Shown here one piece after another: positions 23,614-32,338 of a DNA stretch of 64,000 nucleotides (positions within the stretch are counted from its first letter, which is position 1; the number at the start of each line of letters is the position of its first letter). Source of the stretch: Occultella glacieicola (GTDB lineage Bacteria > Actinomycetota > Actinomycetes > Actinomycetales > Beutenbergiaceae); NCBI RefSeq assembly GCF_004353825.1, contig NZ_SMNA01000004.1, positions 372,001 to 436,000 of the forward strand, read 5' to 3'. Under the pieces are notes generated by a model. The model ran no database searches and was not told where the DNA came from. It saw only the letters and a list, made by a program, of their open reading frames with translations. Position numbers and translations under genes: made by a program.

Positions 23614-23979
23614 ATGAGTCTTCTTGCTGCAGAGCGCGCGCTCCAAGCGGCCCAGCGCGCCGGCGACGTCAACGCGCTGGAGGCGCTGCTGCATGCGAGT
23701 TGCGTCGGCGCCGGCCCGGACGGGTCTGTCTTCTCCAAGGAGGACGACCTGGAGAGCTACCGCTCGGGTGCGCTGCAGATCACCCGCTTGGAGGAGGAAT
23801 CGCTGGACGTCCAGGAGGACGTCCTGAGCGGAACGACGAGGCTGGTCGCCGCCGTGGATGCGATCCAGGGCGGTACCGCGCTTTCCGCGCGGCTGATCTA
23901 CACGCGCCTCTGGGTGCGCGCAGATGAGGGTTGGCTGGTTCTGGCCGCCACGCTCGTACCCGCCGCTGAGCCCGCCTGA
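23614..23979 (+). CDS. NTF2-like/DUF4440 protein
   Basis: AGDVNALEALL, GPDGSVFSKEDDL, YTRLW. Confidence 0.75.
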   Translation: MSLLAAERALQAAQRAGDVNALEALLHASCVGAGPDGSVFSKEDDLESYRSGALQITRLEEESLDVQEDVLSGTTRLVAAVDAIQGGTALSARLIYTRLWVRADEGWLVLAATLVPAAEPA

Positions 23980-24223
23980 GCGGACCCGGCGAGGCGTGCG
24001 CTCCACGACGTCGCGAGTCCGCTCGGTCGCGACCCAGGCGGCGACGAACGACGTCTGGGTGACCGCTCGAACATCTTCGCCGGCCGTGGCGGCTCGCTCG
24101 GAGCGGTGACAGTGCTGAAGTGGTCGCCACTTCAGCACTCTCGCCGAGCGCTGGTGGACATGCAGAACGCCCGACGGCGGGGGTCCGTCGGGCGTTCCGG
24201 TCCGGGGGAGGCGGGCGGGTGGG

Positions 24224-24697
24224 TCAGTCGCCGGAGTCGGCCGACGGGGCGCTGTTCGCGGAGGCGGGGCTGGCCGGGGACGGCGCGGACGCGGGGCTGG
24301 CCGGGGACGGCGCGGACACGGGGCTGGCCACCGGGGACGGCGCAGACACCGGGCTGGCCACCGGGGACGGCGCCGAGACGGGGCTGGCCGGCGAGGGGGC
24401 GGAGACCGGGGAGGCCACCGGGGAGGGTGCGGAGACCGAGCTGATCGCGGTCACGGCCGAGACCGCGCTGCCGGGATCGACGGTCGCGGGATCGGTGGTG
24501 GCCGGGGTTGTGGTGGCCGGGGTGGGGTCGACTGCCGAGGTCGCCGACACCGCCGAGGTGACCTGGGTGGTGCTCGGCTGGGTCCGCTCCACGGTCGGGG
24601 CCTGCGTGAAGGTGTCCGCGGAGGCGGCCACGGCTCCGCCGGCGACGGCGACGACGCCGAGGGTTCCGGTGACGATCCATGCGGTGCGCTTGTTCAT
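24224..24697 (-). CDS. Secreted Ser/Pro/Ala-rich low-complexity protein
   Basis: Signal-like MNKRTAWIVTGTLGVVAVAGGAVAA; C-terminal SPVSAPSP(V)A repeats (~24265-24440). Confidence 0.7.
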   Translation of the reverse strand: MNKRTAWIVTGTLGVVAVAGGAVAASADTFTQAPTVERTQPSTTQVTSAVSATSAVDPTPATTTPATTDPATVDPGSAVSAVTAISSVSAPSPVASPVSAPSPASPVSAPSPVASPVSAPSPVASPVSAPSPASPASAPSPASPASANSAPSADSGD

Positions 24698-25039
24698 GAT
24701 GTTCTCTCTCGTTTCTGGGCCCCGTGCGGGACGGGTCGGATCACTTGCTGACATCGACAAGAATTCCGAGCGCCGATGAGGTGCCGAGGAGAGCCGCATG
24801 AGGGAACTCTCACCTGAGGCGATCCGGTGGGGCGGCTCAGACCGGTGGCCTGCGCGCCGGTGGCCGCTATCAGATGCGACGGCATCGTGACCGACGCAGG
24901 TGTCCACAGGCCGATCGCCGAGGTCGGCTAGCGCAATACACTTGAGACATCACAAGGGAGCTGGCGGACTACATCGAGGCGGGCAAGAACCTCGGTGCAG
25001 ACGAGCGTGAGATCGCCGCGCTTGCCCTCCGGCAAGTTG

Positions 25040-25365
25040 ACGAGACCGAGCAGGCCGATCGACGCCGCCTGGGACGAGGTCGTCGACCGGCGGCTCGATG
25101 AGTTGGTGAGTGGCGAGGTCAAGCCGGTCTGTGGCAGGGAGACCCGTGCCATGGGTCGTGCCCTTACTCGGCCGGCGGCGCGAGTGACGCTCGATTGGAC
25201 CGAGCATCCCGGCGCTCGTGCCGACTATCTCGACGCCCTTGCCAGGCACGCGTCCATTGGTGACGGCGGACTGGGCGAGGAGTTCGCGGAGGAGGCTGAC
25301 GCTGCCACGGAGTTCATCCTCGCGTGGCCGGATGCAGCCCCTCGGCTGCCCTGTCGGCGGACGGG
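25040..25365 (+). pseudogene. Decayed addiction-module antitoxin + ParE/RelE-like toxin remnant
   Basis: IDAAWDEVVDRRLDELVSGEVKPV (antitoxin-like), GTGA overlap at 25184, then HPGARADYLDA...GLGEEF...ILAWPDA truncated by the hutG end. Confidence 0.55.
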
Positions 25366-26298
25366 TCATGGCATCCGGTTGGCGGTGGGTCGTGAACCCA
25401 GACCTGCCGCGACCTCAAGTACACACAGCGCGGCGAGCCGCACGGTGCGCTGGTCGGGCGCGTCGGCCCCGGCGTCGATCTCGGTGAGATCGACCGAGAC
25501 GACGGCGGGGTGTCGCCCGGCGGCGCGGGCGGCGGCCCGTAGTTCGTGGGCCGCCAGGCCGCCCGGGAGGGAGGCGGGGCAGGCGGGGGCCACGGACCTG
25601 TCGCAGACGTCGACGTCCAGGTCGACGTGGACGGGGCCGCCGGCGGCGGAGGCGATCTCCAGGGCCTGCGCCATCACGTCGCCCATCGGGCGCCGGTGCA
25701 GTTCGTCCCGGTGGACGATCGTGATGCCGAGGTCGCGGGCCCGCGCCGTGTAGGCAGCCGAGTTCGCGAAGTCCGCGATGCCGACCTGCACCACCCGGCG
25801 ACCGTCCAGGCCGGCCTCGATCAGGCGGCGCACGGGGGAGCCGTTGCTGACGCCGTCGCGCAGGTCGTGGTGGGCGTCCAGGGTGACCAGGCCCGCCGTC
25901 GCGATCGCGTCGCCGCAGGCGCCGAGGGCGGCGGGCACGGTCGCGGCGTTGTCGCCGCCGAGGGCGACCAGCAGGCGTGATCGTGCCACGGCGTCGGCCA
26001 CGGCCCGAGTCGCGCGCGCCTCGCCGTCCGGGCCGTCCGGCTCGGGGACGTCACCGACGTCCGCGAAGACCAACCCGCCGACCTCCGCCGGCGGCGACCC
26101 GCCGCCGTCGGGCACCACGAACGGGCTGTAGCGACGCAGCGCCGCGCGGACCGCGGCGGGGGTGGCGTGCGCGCCGGTGGGGGACAGGGACGTTCGGTGG
26201 GTGCCGATCCCGATCAGGGTGAGATCGGCACCCTCGGCGGGCAGCGGCGGCCAGTCGCCGGCGCGGGGCCAGAGCGGGTCGTGCGACAGCGCTGTCAT
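25366..26298 (-). CDS. hutG: Formimidoylglutamase (arginase family)
   Basis: LGGDNA, LDAHHDLR, SNGSPVRRL, DLDVD, ASLPGGL; hut context. Confidence 0.85.
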   Translation of the reverse strand: MTALSHDPLWPRAGDWPPLPAEGADLTLIGIGTHRTSLSPTGAHATPAAVRAALRRYSPFVVPDGGGSPPAEVGGLVFADVGDVPEPDGPDGEARATRAVADAVARSRLLVALGGDNAATVPAALGACGDAIATAGLVTLDAHHDLRDGVSNGSPVRRLIEAGLDGRRVVQVGIADFANSAAYTARARDLGITIVHRDELHRRPMGDVMAQALEIASAAGGPVHVDLDVDVCDRSVAPACPASLPGGLAAHELRAAARAAGRHPAVVSVDLTEIDAGADAPDQRTVRLAALCVLEVAAGLGSRPTANRMP

Positions 26299-26422
26299 GG
26301 TCGAAGGTTAGTCGTGGGGACCGCGGCCCCCGATGTGCCTCAGAGGACAGGAACTGACCGCTTCCTTCCGTAGTCTCGGACCAGGCGATCGGGCAGCGGT
26401 TGCCGCGACGAAAGGCTGATCG

Positions 26423-26794
26423 ATGGACTGGAAGATCGAGCTCATCTTCGTGCCGGTGTCCGACGTGGACCGGGCCAAGGAGTTCTACGTGCGGATCGGC
26501 TTCAACGCCGACCACGACCAGACGCCGACCGAGGGGCTGCGCTTCGTGCAGATGACCCCACCGGGATCGGCGTGCTCGATCGCGTTCGGCACGGGCCTCG
26601 GGACGGGCCTGGAGCCCGGACAGCAGAACACGATCCAGGTGGTGGTGCCGAACGCCGAGGAGGCGCTCGCCCACCTGAGGTCGGTCGGTGTCGAGGCCAC
26701 CGGGGTCGACGAGCAGGCCTGGGGCAACTTCGTCACGTTCGACGACCCGGACGGCAACACCTGGACGCTGCAGGAACTGCCCGTAAGGACCTGA
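26423..26794 (+). CDS. VOC/glyoxalase family protein
   Basis: PVSDVDRAKEFY, TPPGSACSI, FDDPDGNTWTLQE. Confidence 0.9.
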   Translation: MDWKIELIFVPVSDVDRAKEFYVRIGFNADHDQTPTEGLRFVQMTPPGSACSIAFGTGLGTGLEPGQQNTIQVVVPNAEEALAHLRSVGVEATGVDEQAWGNFVTFDDPDGNTWTLQELPVRT

Positions 26795-26838
26795 GCCGGT
26801 CCATCCCACCGGGAGCGCCCGGTTCGTAGACCGGTGCG

Positions 26839-27117
26839 ATGGGTGGGACGTTCGCCGTCACGATGGGTGACCGGGGTCGCCTGGTGGTTCCCGCAGAGCT
26901 GCGCGAGCGCGCGGGTCTGAGTTCCGGCACGCCGCTGATCCTGGCGGAGAGCCCGGCAGGCTTGATCGTGATGACCCGCGCCCAGGCGCGCGCGTATATG
27001 CGGCGGCAACTTGCGGGAGCCGACCTGGTCGGTGACCTCCTGGAGGAGCGACGCCGGGCGGCCGCCACGGCGGACGCCGCCCGGGGCTCGGCCGGGGGCG
27101 TCCGACAGATCCGCTGA
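26839..27117 (+). CDS. AbrB/MazE/SpoVT-family DNA-binding protein (orphan antitoxin-like)
   Basis: MGDRGRLVVPAELRERAGL, DLVGDLLEERR. Confidence 0.8.
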   Translation: MGGTFAVTMGDRGRLVVPAELRERAGLSSGTPLILAESPAGLIVMTRAQARAYMRRQLAGADLVGDLLEERRRAAATADAARGSAGGVRQIR

Positions 27118-27130
27118 GCCGGCGGTGCCC

Positions 27131-27709
27131 TCACCCGTGCCGGGTCGGCCGGTAGAGGAACTCCTGGATGTTGGCGTCCAGGGTCCGGGTCTCGAGCAGC
27201 TCGAGGTCGAAGTCCGCGGCGCCCCGGAAGATCGGGTCCATGCCGTTCTCGCCCGTGATCACCGGGAACAGGGTGACGTGCACCCGGTCGACGAGGCCGG
27301 CGTTCAGCAGCGCGTTGTTCATCGCGAGGCTGCCGTGGGAGCGCAGCGGCACGTCGGACTCCTGCCGGAGCCGGGCCACGACGTCGACGGCGTCGCCGCG
27401 CTCGATCGTCGCGTCCGGCCAGTCGAGCGGGGCGGTCAGGATGGAGGAGACCACGGTGGTGGGCAGGTTTCGCATGCGGGTCACCCAGGCGTCGCGCACG
27501 TCGTCGCCCTCGGTGCTCGCGGCCAGCATGTCCACGAACGAGCGGAACGTGTGCGCCCCGAGGACCAGCCGCTGCTCCTCGCTGTAGACGGCCAGCCGGC
27601 GCTCGAGCAGCTCCGGGCCCTGCTTGCCCCAGTACCCGGTCCAGTCCCCGCCGGCCGCGCCGTAGCCGTCGAGGCTGCAGAACACGTCGAAGGTGTAGGT
27701 GGCGGTCAT
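27131..27709 (-). CDS. RibD C-terminal/dihydrofolate reductase family protein
   Basis: FCSLDGYG, LRSHGSL, FPVITG; SD GAGGAG. Confidence 0.88.
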   Translation of the reverse strand: MTATYTFDVFCSLDGYGAAGGDWTGYWGKQGPELLERRLAVYSEEQRLVLGAHTFRSFVDMLAASTEGDDVRDAWVTRMRNLPTTVVSSILTAPLDWPDATIERGDAVDVVARLRQESDVPLRSHGSLAMNNALLNAGLVDRVHVTLFPVITGENGMDPIFRGAADFDLELLETRTLDANIQEFLYRPTRHG

Positions 27710-27818
27710 GGTCGGCTCCTCGCGAGATGGTGGGCTTCGATGGGACAGACCCAGGGCCGGCGCGGAACTCACCGGGGTGCCTCCCTCCTCGCTCGGAGCC
27801 GCCTGACAGACTCGGGCG

Positions 27819-28211
27819 GTGGCCGGATTCCATCATGTCGAGTTGTGGATCGCCGATCTCGAGCAGGCCCGCACGGAGTGGGGCTGGCTCCTGTCGCGAG
27901 TGGGCTTCGCCCTCGACGGTGACTTCTCGGGCGGCCAGACCTGGAGCGGGGGCGGCGCCTACCTCACCTTCACCACGTCGCCGAACCTGACGACGGCGGT
28001 GCACGACCGTCGCCGGGCGGGCCTGAACCATCTCGCGTTCAAGGCCGGCCCACAGGCAGCGGTCGACGCGATCATGGCCGACGCGCCGGAGCACGGCTGG
28101 CGGCCGCTCTACCAGGAGCGTTACCCGCACGCGGGCGGTCCCGACCACTACGCAGGGTGGCTGGAGAACTCCGCAGGCTTCAAGTCCGAGATCGTCGCCG
28201 ACTCCCCGTAG
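27819..28211 (+). CDS. VOC family protein
   Basis: HHVELWIADL, GLNHLAF, HYAGWLENSAGF. Confidence 0.85.
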   Translation: MAGFHHVELWIADLEQARTEWGWLLSRVGFALDGDFSGGQTWSGGGAYLTFTTSPNLTTAVHDRRRAGLNHLAFKAGPQAAVDAIMADAPEHGWRPLYQERYPHAGGPDHYAGWLENSAGFKSEIVADSP

Positions 28212-28348
28212 GACCGCCGCCCGACGCCGGATCGGGCCCGGTTGCCCCATCGGACGCCCGATCTGCCCGTTCGGCCGGTCGCCGCGGGCGGGAGGGCCCC
28301 AGGACGTGCACCGTACGCTCGCGCCAGGTTCTCACCTCGGGACGGCGG

Positions 28349-30697
28349 ATGTTGAGCAGGGTCGGGCAGGCCACGGGCGACGGCGGCGCTTCCGTTCTCC
28401 CGCGGTCCTCGCTGTCCGGGGTGCCCGTCGAGCCGGCCACGATCGCGCCGGGCCGATTGGCCGCGGCGGCCGGTGCGTCGGTTGCCCCGCGCCTGATGCT
28501 GGGAGACCTGCCCACCCTGCAACGCAGCCTCGGGAACCGCGGGGTGAGCCGGCTGATCGCGGCGCAGCGGTCCGCGGCCGTCACCACGGCCGCCGTCCAG
28601 CGCACGACGATCGCGCACAAGGACGCCCCGCCGGTGCACTCCGGCGTCTGGAAGCACGCCACCCAGATGATGCAGGCCCCCGGCGATGCCCGGAAGGAGC
28701 GCGCCGGGGAGGTGGAGGCGCTGGTCGACCCCTTGGAGAAGATCAATCCCATCGGCACGAGCGCCGGCTACGACCCGCTCGGCTGGTACTGGGTCGGTCA
28801 GTTCGTGGTGGCCGGGGTGGCGGCGAACAACGCGCAGCTCGCCCACCAGGGCTGGGTGCGCTTCCACCTCCTGAACGCCACGCTGGGCGGCGACGGCCAC
28901 GACCCGGCCCACCTGGTGCCGACGAAGTCCGCGACGAACACCGGCAACCCGTGGGTCAACTTCGAGTACAACGCGAAGGCGCAGCCGTTCCTCGGCAGGT
29001 GGCTGCACTACCACGTGGAGGTCGGCTACCACCCACCGGGCGCCACCGGCCTCGTCGGCGATCCGCACCTGGCCTTCTTCCCCAGCTCGATCCACGCCGA
29101 GTACAGCACCTGGAATTCGACGACCGGGGTCTGGGACGCCGGGATGACCGTGGACATTCCCGCCAACCAGCTCCAGGTCCCCAACGCCGCCCCGCACACC
29201 CAGACCCACTACATCGACGGCATCTCCCTCGGGGAGTTCGCCATCCTCGGGGTCGACCCGTGGCTGGCCGCGAGGATCGCCAACGCCCACCGCGACCTGG
29301 CCCGGGCGACGACGCTGCAGAAGCTCTACGACGACATCGTCGACTACGCGCAGTTCGACCGCGGCAACCAGCAGTCCCCGCTGTCCGCCGTGAACAACAC
29401 CTGGCCGGTGCTCGAGGCGCTGCTGCGTGGCCACGCCGGGCATCACCTGCGCATCGCCGTCGGGGTCTCGCCCACGGACACCGTGCTCCGCCGGGCCCGG
29501 CTGTCCGTGGCCGAGATCCTGCGCTGGGCCCGCACGGAGCCGGGACGGCTGGCCGCGGCCTGGAAGGTCGGCCAGGAGGTGGTGCTCGCCCTCGAGGCGA
29601 TGCTGTCCGCGCACCAACCCGCGACGTCCACGAACCTCTACCTGACCCTCGAGCAACGGCACGGGCTGGCGTACCTGGCCACGCACGTCGACCCCGACTG
29701 GCCCGCCATGGTGGGCAGGATGAGCCGGGAGGGCGAGGTCTCGATCGCGATCGCCCACGACATGCGCTTCGCGACCGTGGCCCAGCGGCTGGCCGAGCTG
29801 CGGTCCGAGAGCCACCGGGGCGTGCAGGCGATCAACGCGTTGATCGGGGAGTACGCGCGCGGGCTCGGGACGGCGGGCGAGGAGTTCGGGGCCGCGGTGA
29901 AGGCGGTGCCCGCCCAGCTCGGTGCGTCCCTCGGGGCGCTGTCCGTCGCGGCCTCGCGGACCCTGCTGCAGCCGGCGCGGGCGACCATGTCGCTGGACGA
30001 CATCCTGATGGGGATGCAGATGAGTGGGCGCTCGGAGTCCCAGTTCACCAGCACCGTGCCGGGCGTGGAGTCGGCCGTCCGGCAGGCGTATGCCCTGGTG
30101 CGCGGTGAGTTCGAACGGGTGCAGGCCCGGGTGCTCGCCGAGCGGGAGCGGCGGATCCAGGAGGAACGCCGCGAGGCCGAGGAGCGGCGCGTCCGCGATC
30201 AGCAGGAGCGGGACCGCGTCGAGCAGGAGCGCCGGGCCCGGGCGGCCCTCGAGCAGCCGCGCGTCGAGGAGGACCCACGCGATCGCCGTCGGTTCGAGGA
30301 GGACCCACGCGAGCGGCGTCGCTTCGAGGAGGACCCACGCGACCGTCGTCGGTACGAGGAGGACCCACGCGACCGCCGTCGGTACGAGGAGGACCCACGC
30401 GACCGCCGTCGGGAACGATCGCCCGGCGGCGGGCGCTACCAGGGCGACCGGACCTACCGTACCGAGCCGTACCACCTCGGCCAGTTCCACGACCGGCACC
30501 GCTACGACGACCTGCGCGACCCGGGCGAGGACGACGACCGCGGTCGCGGCAACCCGGGCCGGTACGGCCGCTACGAGGGGCCACGATCCCCCTACGGTGA
30601 CCGGCCCCCGTACGGCGACCGGCCCCCCGGCGGCTATCGGGGCCCGCATAGCGGGCGTCGCTACGACGACGACCCCCGCCGTCGACCGAACTACTAG
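28349..30697 (+). CDS. Large putative exported toxin: LQRxxGN..VQR leader, His-Me endonuclease-like domain, coiled coil, Arg/Asp-rich tail; start uncertain
   Basis: LQRSLGNRGVSRL...AVQR; WVRFHLLNATLGGDGHDPAHLVPTKSATN; EEDPRDRRRY-like repeats. Confidence 0.65.
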   Translation: MLSRVGQATGDGGASVLPRSSLSGVPVEPATIAPGRLAAAAGASVAPRLMLGDLPTLQRSLGNRGVSRLIAAQRSAAVTTAAVQRTTIAHKDAPPVHSGVWKHATQMMQAPGDARKERAGEVEALVDPLEKINPIGTSAGYDPLGWYWVGQFVVAGVAANNAQLAHQGWVRFHLLNATLGGDGHDPAHLVPTKSATNTGNPWVNFEYNAKAQPFLGRWLHYHVEVGYHPPGATGLVGDPHLAFFPSSIHAEYSTWNSTTGVWDAGMTVDIPANQLQVPNAAPHTQTHYIDGISLGEFAILGVDPWLAARIANAHRDLARATTLQKLYDDIVDYAQFDRGNQQSPLSAVNNTWPVLEALLRGHAGHHLRIAVGVSPTDTVLRRARLSVAEILRWARTEPGRLAAAWKVGQEVVLALEAMLSAHQPATSTNLYLTLEQRHGLAYLATHVDPDWPAMVGRMSREGEVSIAIAHDMRFATVAQRLAELRSESHRGVQAINALIGEYARGLGTAGEEFGAAVKAVPAQLGASLGALSVAASRTLLQPARATMSLDDILMGMQMSGRSESQFTSTVPGVESAVRQAYALVRGEFERVQARVLAERERRIQEERREAEERRVRDQQERDRVEQERRARAALEQPRVEEDPRDRRRFEEDPRERRRFEEDPRDRRRYEEDPRDRRRYEEDPRDRRRERSPGGGRYQGDRTYRTEPYHLGQFHDRHRYDDLRDPGEDDDRGRGNPGRYGRYEGPRSPYGDRPPYGDRPPGGYRGPHSGRRYDDDPRRRPNY
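30266..30412 (+). repeat. 30-bp tandem repeat x5 encoding EEDPR(D/E)RRR(F/Y)
   Basis: Units begin GAGGAGGACCCACGCGA at 30266, 30296, 30326, 30356, 30386. Confidence 0.92.
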
Positions 30698-31401
30698 CCC
30701 TCGGCCAGCAGCACCGGGCCCTCGTCCCGGCCGCGGTTGTCGAGCACGAGCGGGCGCACGCCCTCGACCCGGTACCGGAGATGGGTGATGCCCTCGCCCT
30801 CGATCACGCGGATCGGAATCAGCTCGATCCCCTCCTTGGCGCCGAGACCGAGGCCGGGGCCGAGCAGTCGCAGCCCGTCGCCGAGCAGCACCGGGGCGAC
30901 ATGCAGTTCGAGCTCGTCCAGCAGACCGAGCGCGAGGACCTGACGGACCAGCGAGCCCCCGCCGGCGACCTGCACGTCCTTGCCACCCGCGTGCTCCTTC
31001 GCCTGTGCGACGGCGCTCGCGACGCCGTCGGTGACGTACGTGAAGCTGGTGCCGCCGCCACGGTGCAGCACCGGCCGCGGACGGTGCGTGACCACGAACA
31101 CCGGGGCCCGGAACGGGGGCACCTCACCCCAGGGGACCTCACCGCCGTCGGCCATCCGCCGGCCCATGACGTAGGCGCCCGCGGCCGCGAACGTCTCCGC
31201 GATGTTGTCCGAGTTCGTGGTGCGCTCGCCGCCGGCGAAGCCCTGGCGCTCGCGCCAGGCCGCGGCGTCGGTGGCCCAGCGGGTCACGCGGAAGAACCCG
31301 GCGGCTTCCGCGCTCTCCAGCCAGTCGGCGGTGTCGGCGGCCCGGGTGCCGGCGTAGCAGCCGTCGAGCGAGATCGACATCTGTGCGGTGACCTTGGTCA
31401 T
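30694..31401 (-). CDS. RibD C-terminal/dihydrofolate reductase family protein
   Basis: MSISLDG, YVMGRRM, DVQVAGGG, LLGDGLRL. Confidence 0.9.
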   Translation of the reverse strand: MTKVTAQMSISLDGCYAGTRAADTADWLESAEAAGFFRVTRWATDAAAWRERQGFAGGERTTNSDNIAETFAAAGAYVMGRRMADGGEVPWGEVPPFRAPVFVVTHRPRPVLHRGGGTSFTYVTDGVASAVAQAKEHAGGKDVQVAGGGSLVRQVLALGLLDELELHVAPVLLGDGLRLLGPGLGLGAKEGIELIPIRVIEGEGITHLRYRVEGVRPLVLDNRGRDEGPVLLAEG

Positions 31402-31437
31402 GATCGTTGTCCTGCCTTCGTGGAAAGTCGGGTCTGG

Positions 31438-31905
31438 TCAGCCGGCGAGCGACGCGCCGAGCGCGTCCAACAGCCCCCGGGTGCCCTCCTCGCGGCCCGC
31501 GGGATCGTCGAGGCCGTCGAAGTGGGCGCCCTGCTCGGTGTAGGTGAGGCGGGTGGAGCCGCCGTCCGGCTCGAGTGTGATCGTCACCAACGAGGTGGAC
31601 ATGTGCCGGTCGTCGACCCACATGTCGTAGGTGAACACGATCCGGACGAGGTCGACGATGTCGGTGTAGGTCGAGTGGTAGCGCGAGCGTGGGCCGCCGT
31701 GCCATTGGCCGTTCTCGGTGCCGTGCCCGCCGACCCGGAAGTCGTGGGACTTCTCGGTCCGGGTGAAGTCGGGTTCGGTGGAGAACCAGAGGTCCCGCGC
31801 GTCGTTGTCCGAGAGTGCGTGCCAGACCCGCTCCGGCGCCGCCGGGTAGGTCCTCTCGATGACGAACGTCGCGTGCGTCTGGCTGCGTTCAATCTGGGTG
31901 TCCAT
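31438..31905 (-). CDS. SRPBCC (AHA1/START) domain protein
   Basis: FVIERTYPAAPERVW, DFRVGG, TRLTYTEQG. Confidence 0.88.
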   Translation of the reverse strand: MDTQIERSQTHATFVIERTYPAAPERVWHALSDNDARDLWFSTEPDFTRTEKSHDFRVGGHGTENGQWHGGPRSRYHSTYTDIVDLVRIVFTYDMWVDDRHMSTSLVTITLEPDGGSTRLTYTEQGAHFDGLDDPAGREEGTRGLLDALGASLAG

Positions 31906-31906
31906 C

Positions 31907-32245
31907 TCAGTTCTCCTTCGTGGTGTCCGGGGTGAGGAAGTCGCCGAGCCGGTCGAGCCGGCGTTCGGCGGGTAGCCGTTGGCGCCCGATCCACTCGGCG
32001 CCGGGGGTCAGGGCCTCGACGGCGAGCTGGAACGTGCGGACCCGGCCCACCTTCGAGGAGGTGACCAGGCCGGCCCGCTCCAGCACGCTCAGGTGCTGCA
32101 GCAGGGACGGCAGGGCCATCTCGAACGGCCGGGCCAGTTCGCTGACCGAGGCCGGTCCGCGGACGAGCCGTTCGATCAGGGCGCGTCGCGTGGGATCCGA
32201 GAGGGCATGGAACACCCGGTCCAGGTCCTCACGATGCTTAGGCAT
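31907..32245 (-). CDS. ArsR/SmtB-family regulator
   Basis: FHALSDPTRRALI, QHLSVLERAGLV, KVGRVR; heads ArsR-SRPBCC-DHFR operon. Confidence 0.9.
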   Translation of the reverse strand: MPKHREDLDRVFHALSDPTRRALIERLVRGPASVSELARPFEMALPSLLQHLSVLERAGLVTSSKVGRVRTFQLAVEALTPGAEWIGRQRLPAERRLDRLGDFLTPDTTKEN

Positions 32246-32253
32246 GTACCTAA
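32238..32253. promoter_or_regulatory. Palindromic operator overlapping the ArsR start codon
   Basis: TTAGG-CATGTA-CCTAA. Confidence 0.6.
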
Positions 32254-32338
32254 CTATTGACCGGCCGGGCGACCGCGTCAACCCCGGGTTCGTCGACGGG
32301 GCAGCCGGCACCCGCGCGCGGGCCCGACGACTCACGGA

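Noticed and set aside
24265..24440. 24/30-bp repeats as a non-coding array
   Set aside because: Explained by the Ser/Pro/Ala peptide repeats of the secreted protein.
26373..26388. HutR box upstream of hutG
   Set aside because: Only a partial match (GTCTCGGACCAGGC); symmetry too poor.
30266..30412. 30-bp periodic repeats as a CRISPR array
   Set aside because: Head-to-tail with no unique spacers, in frame within a CDS, and no cas genes in the window.
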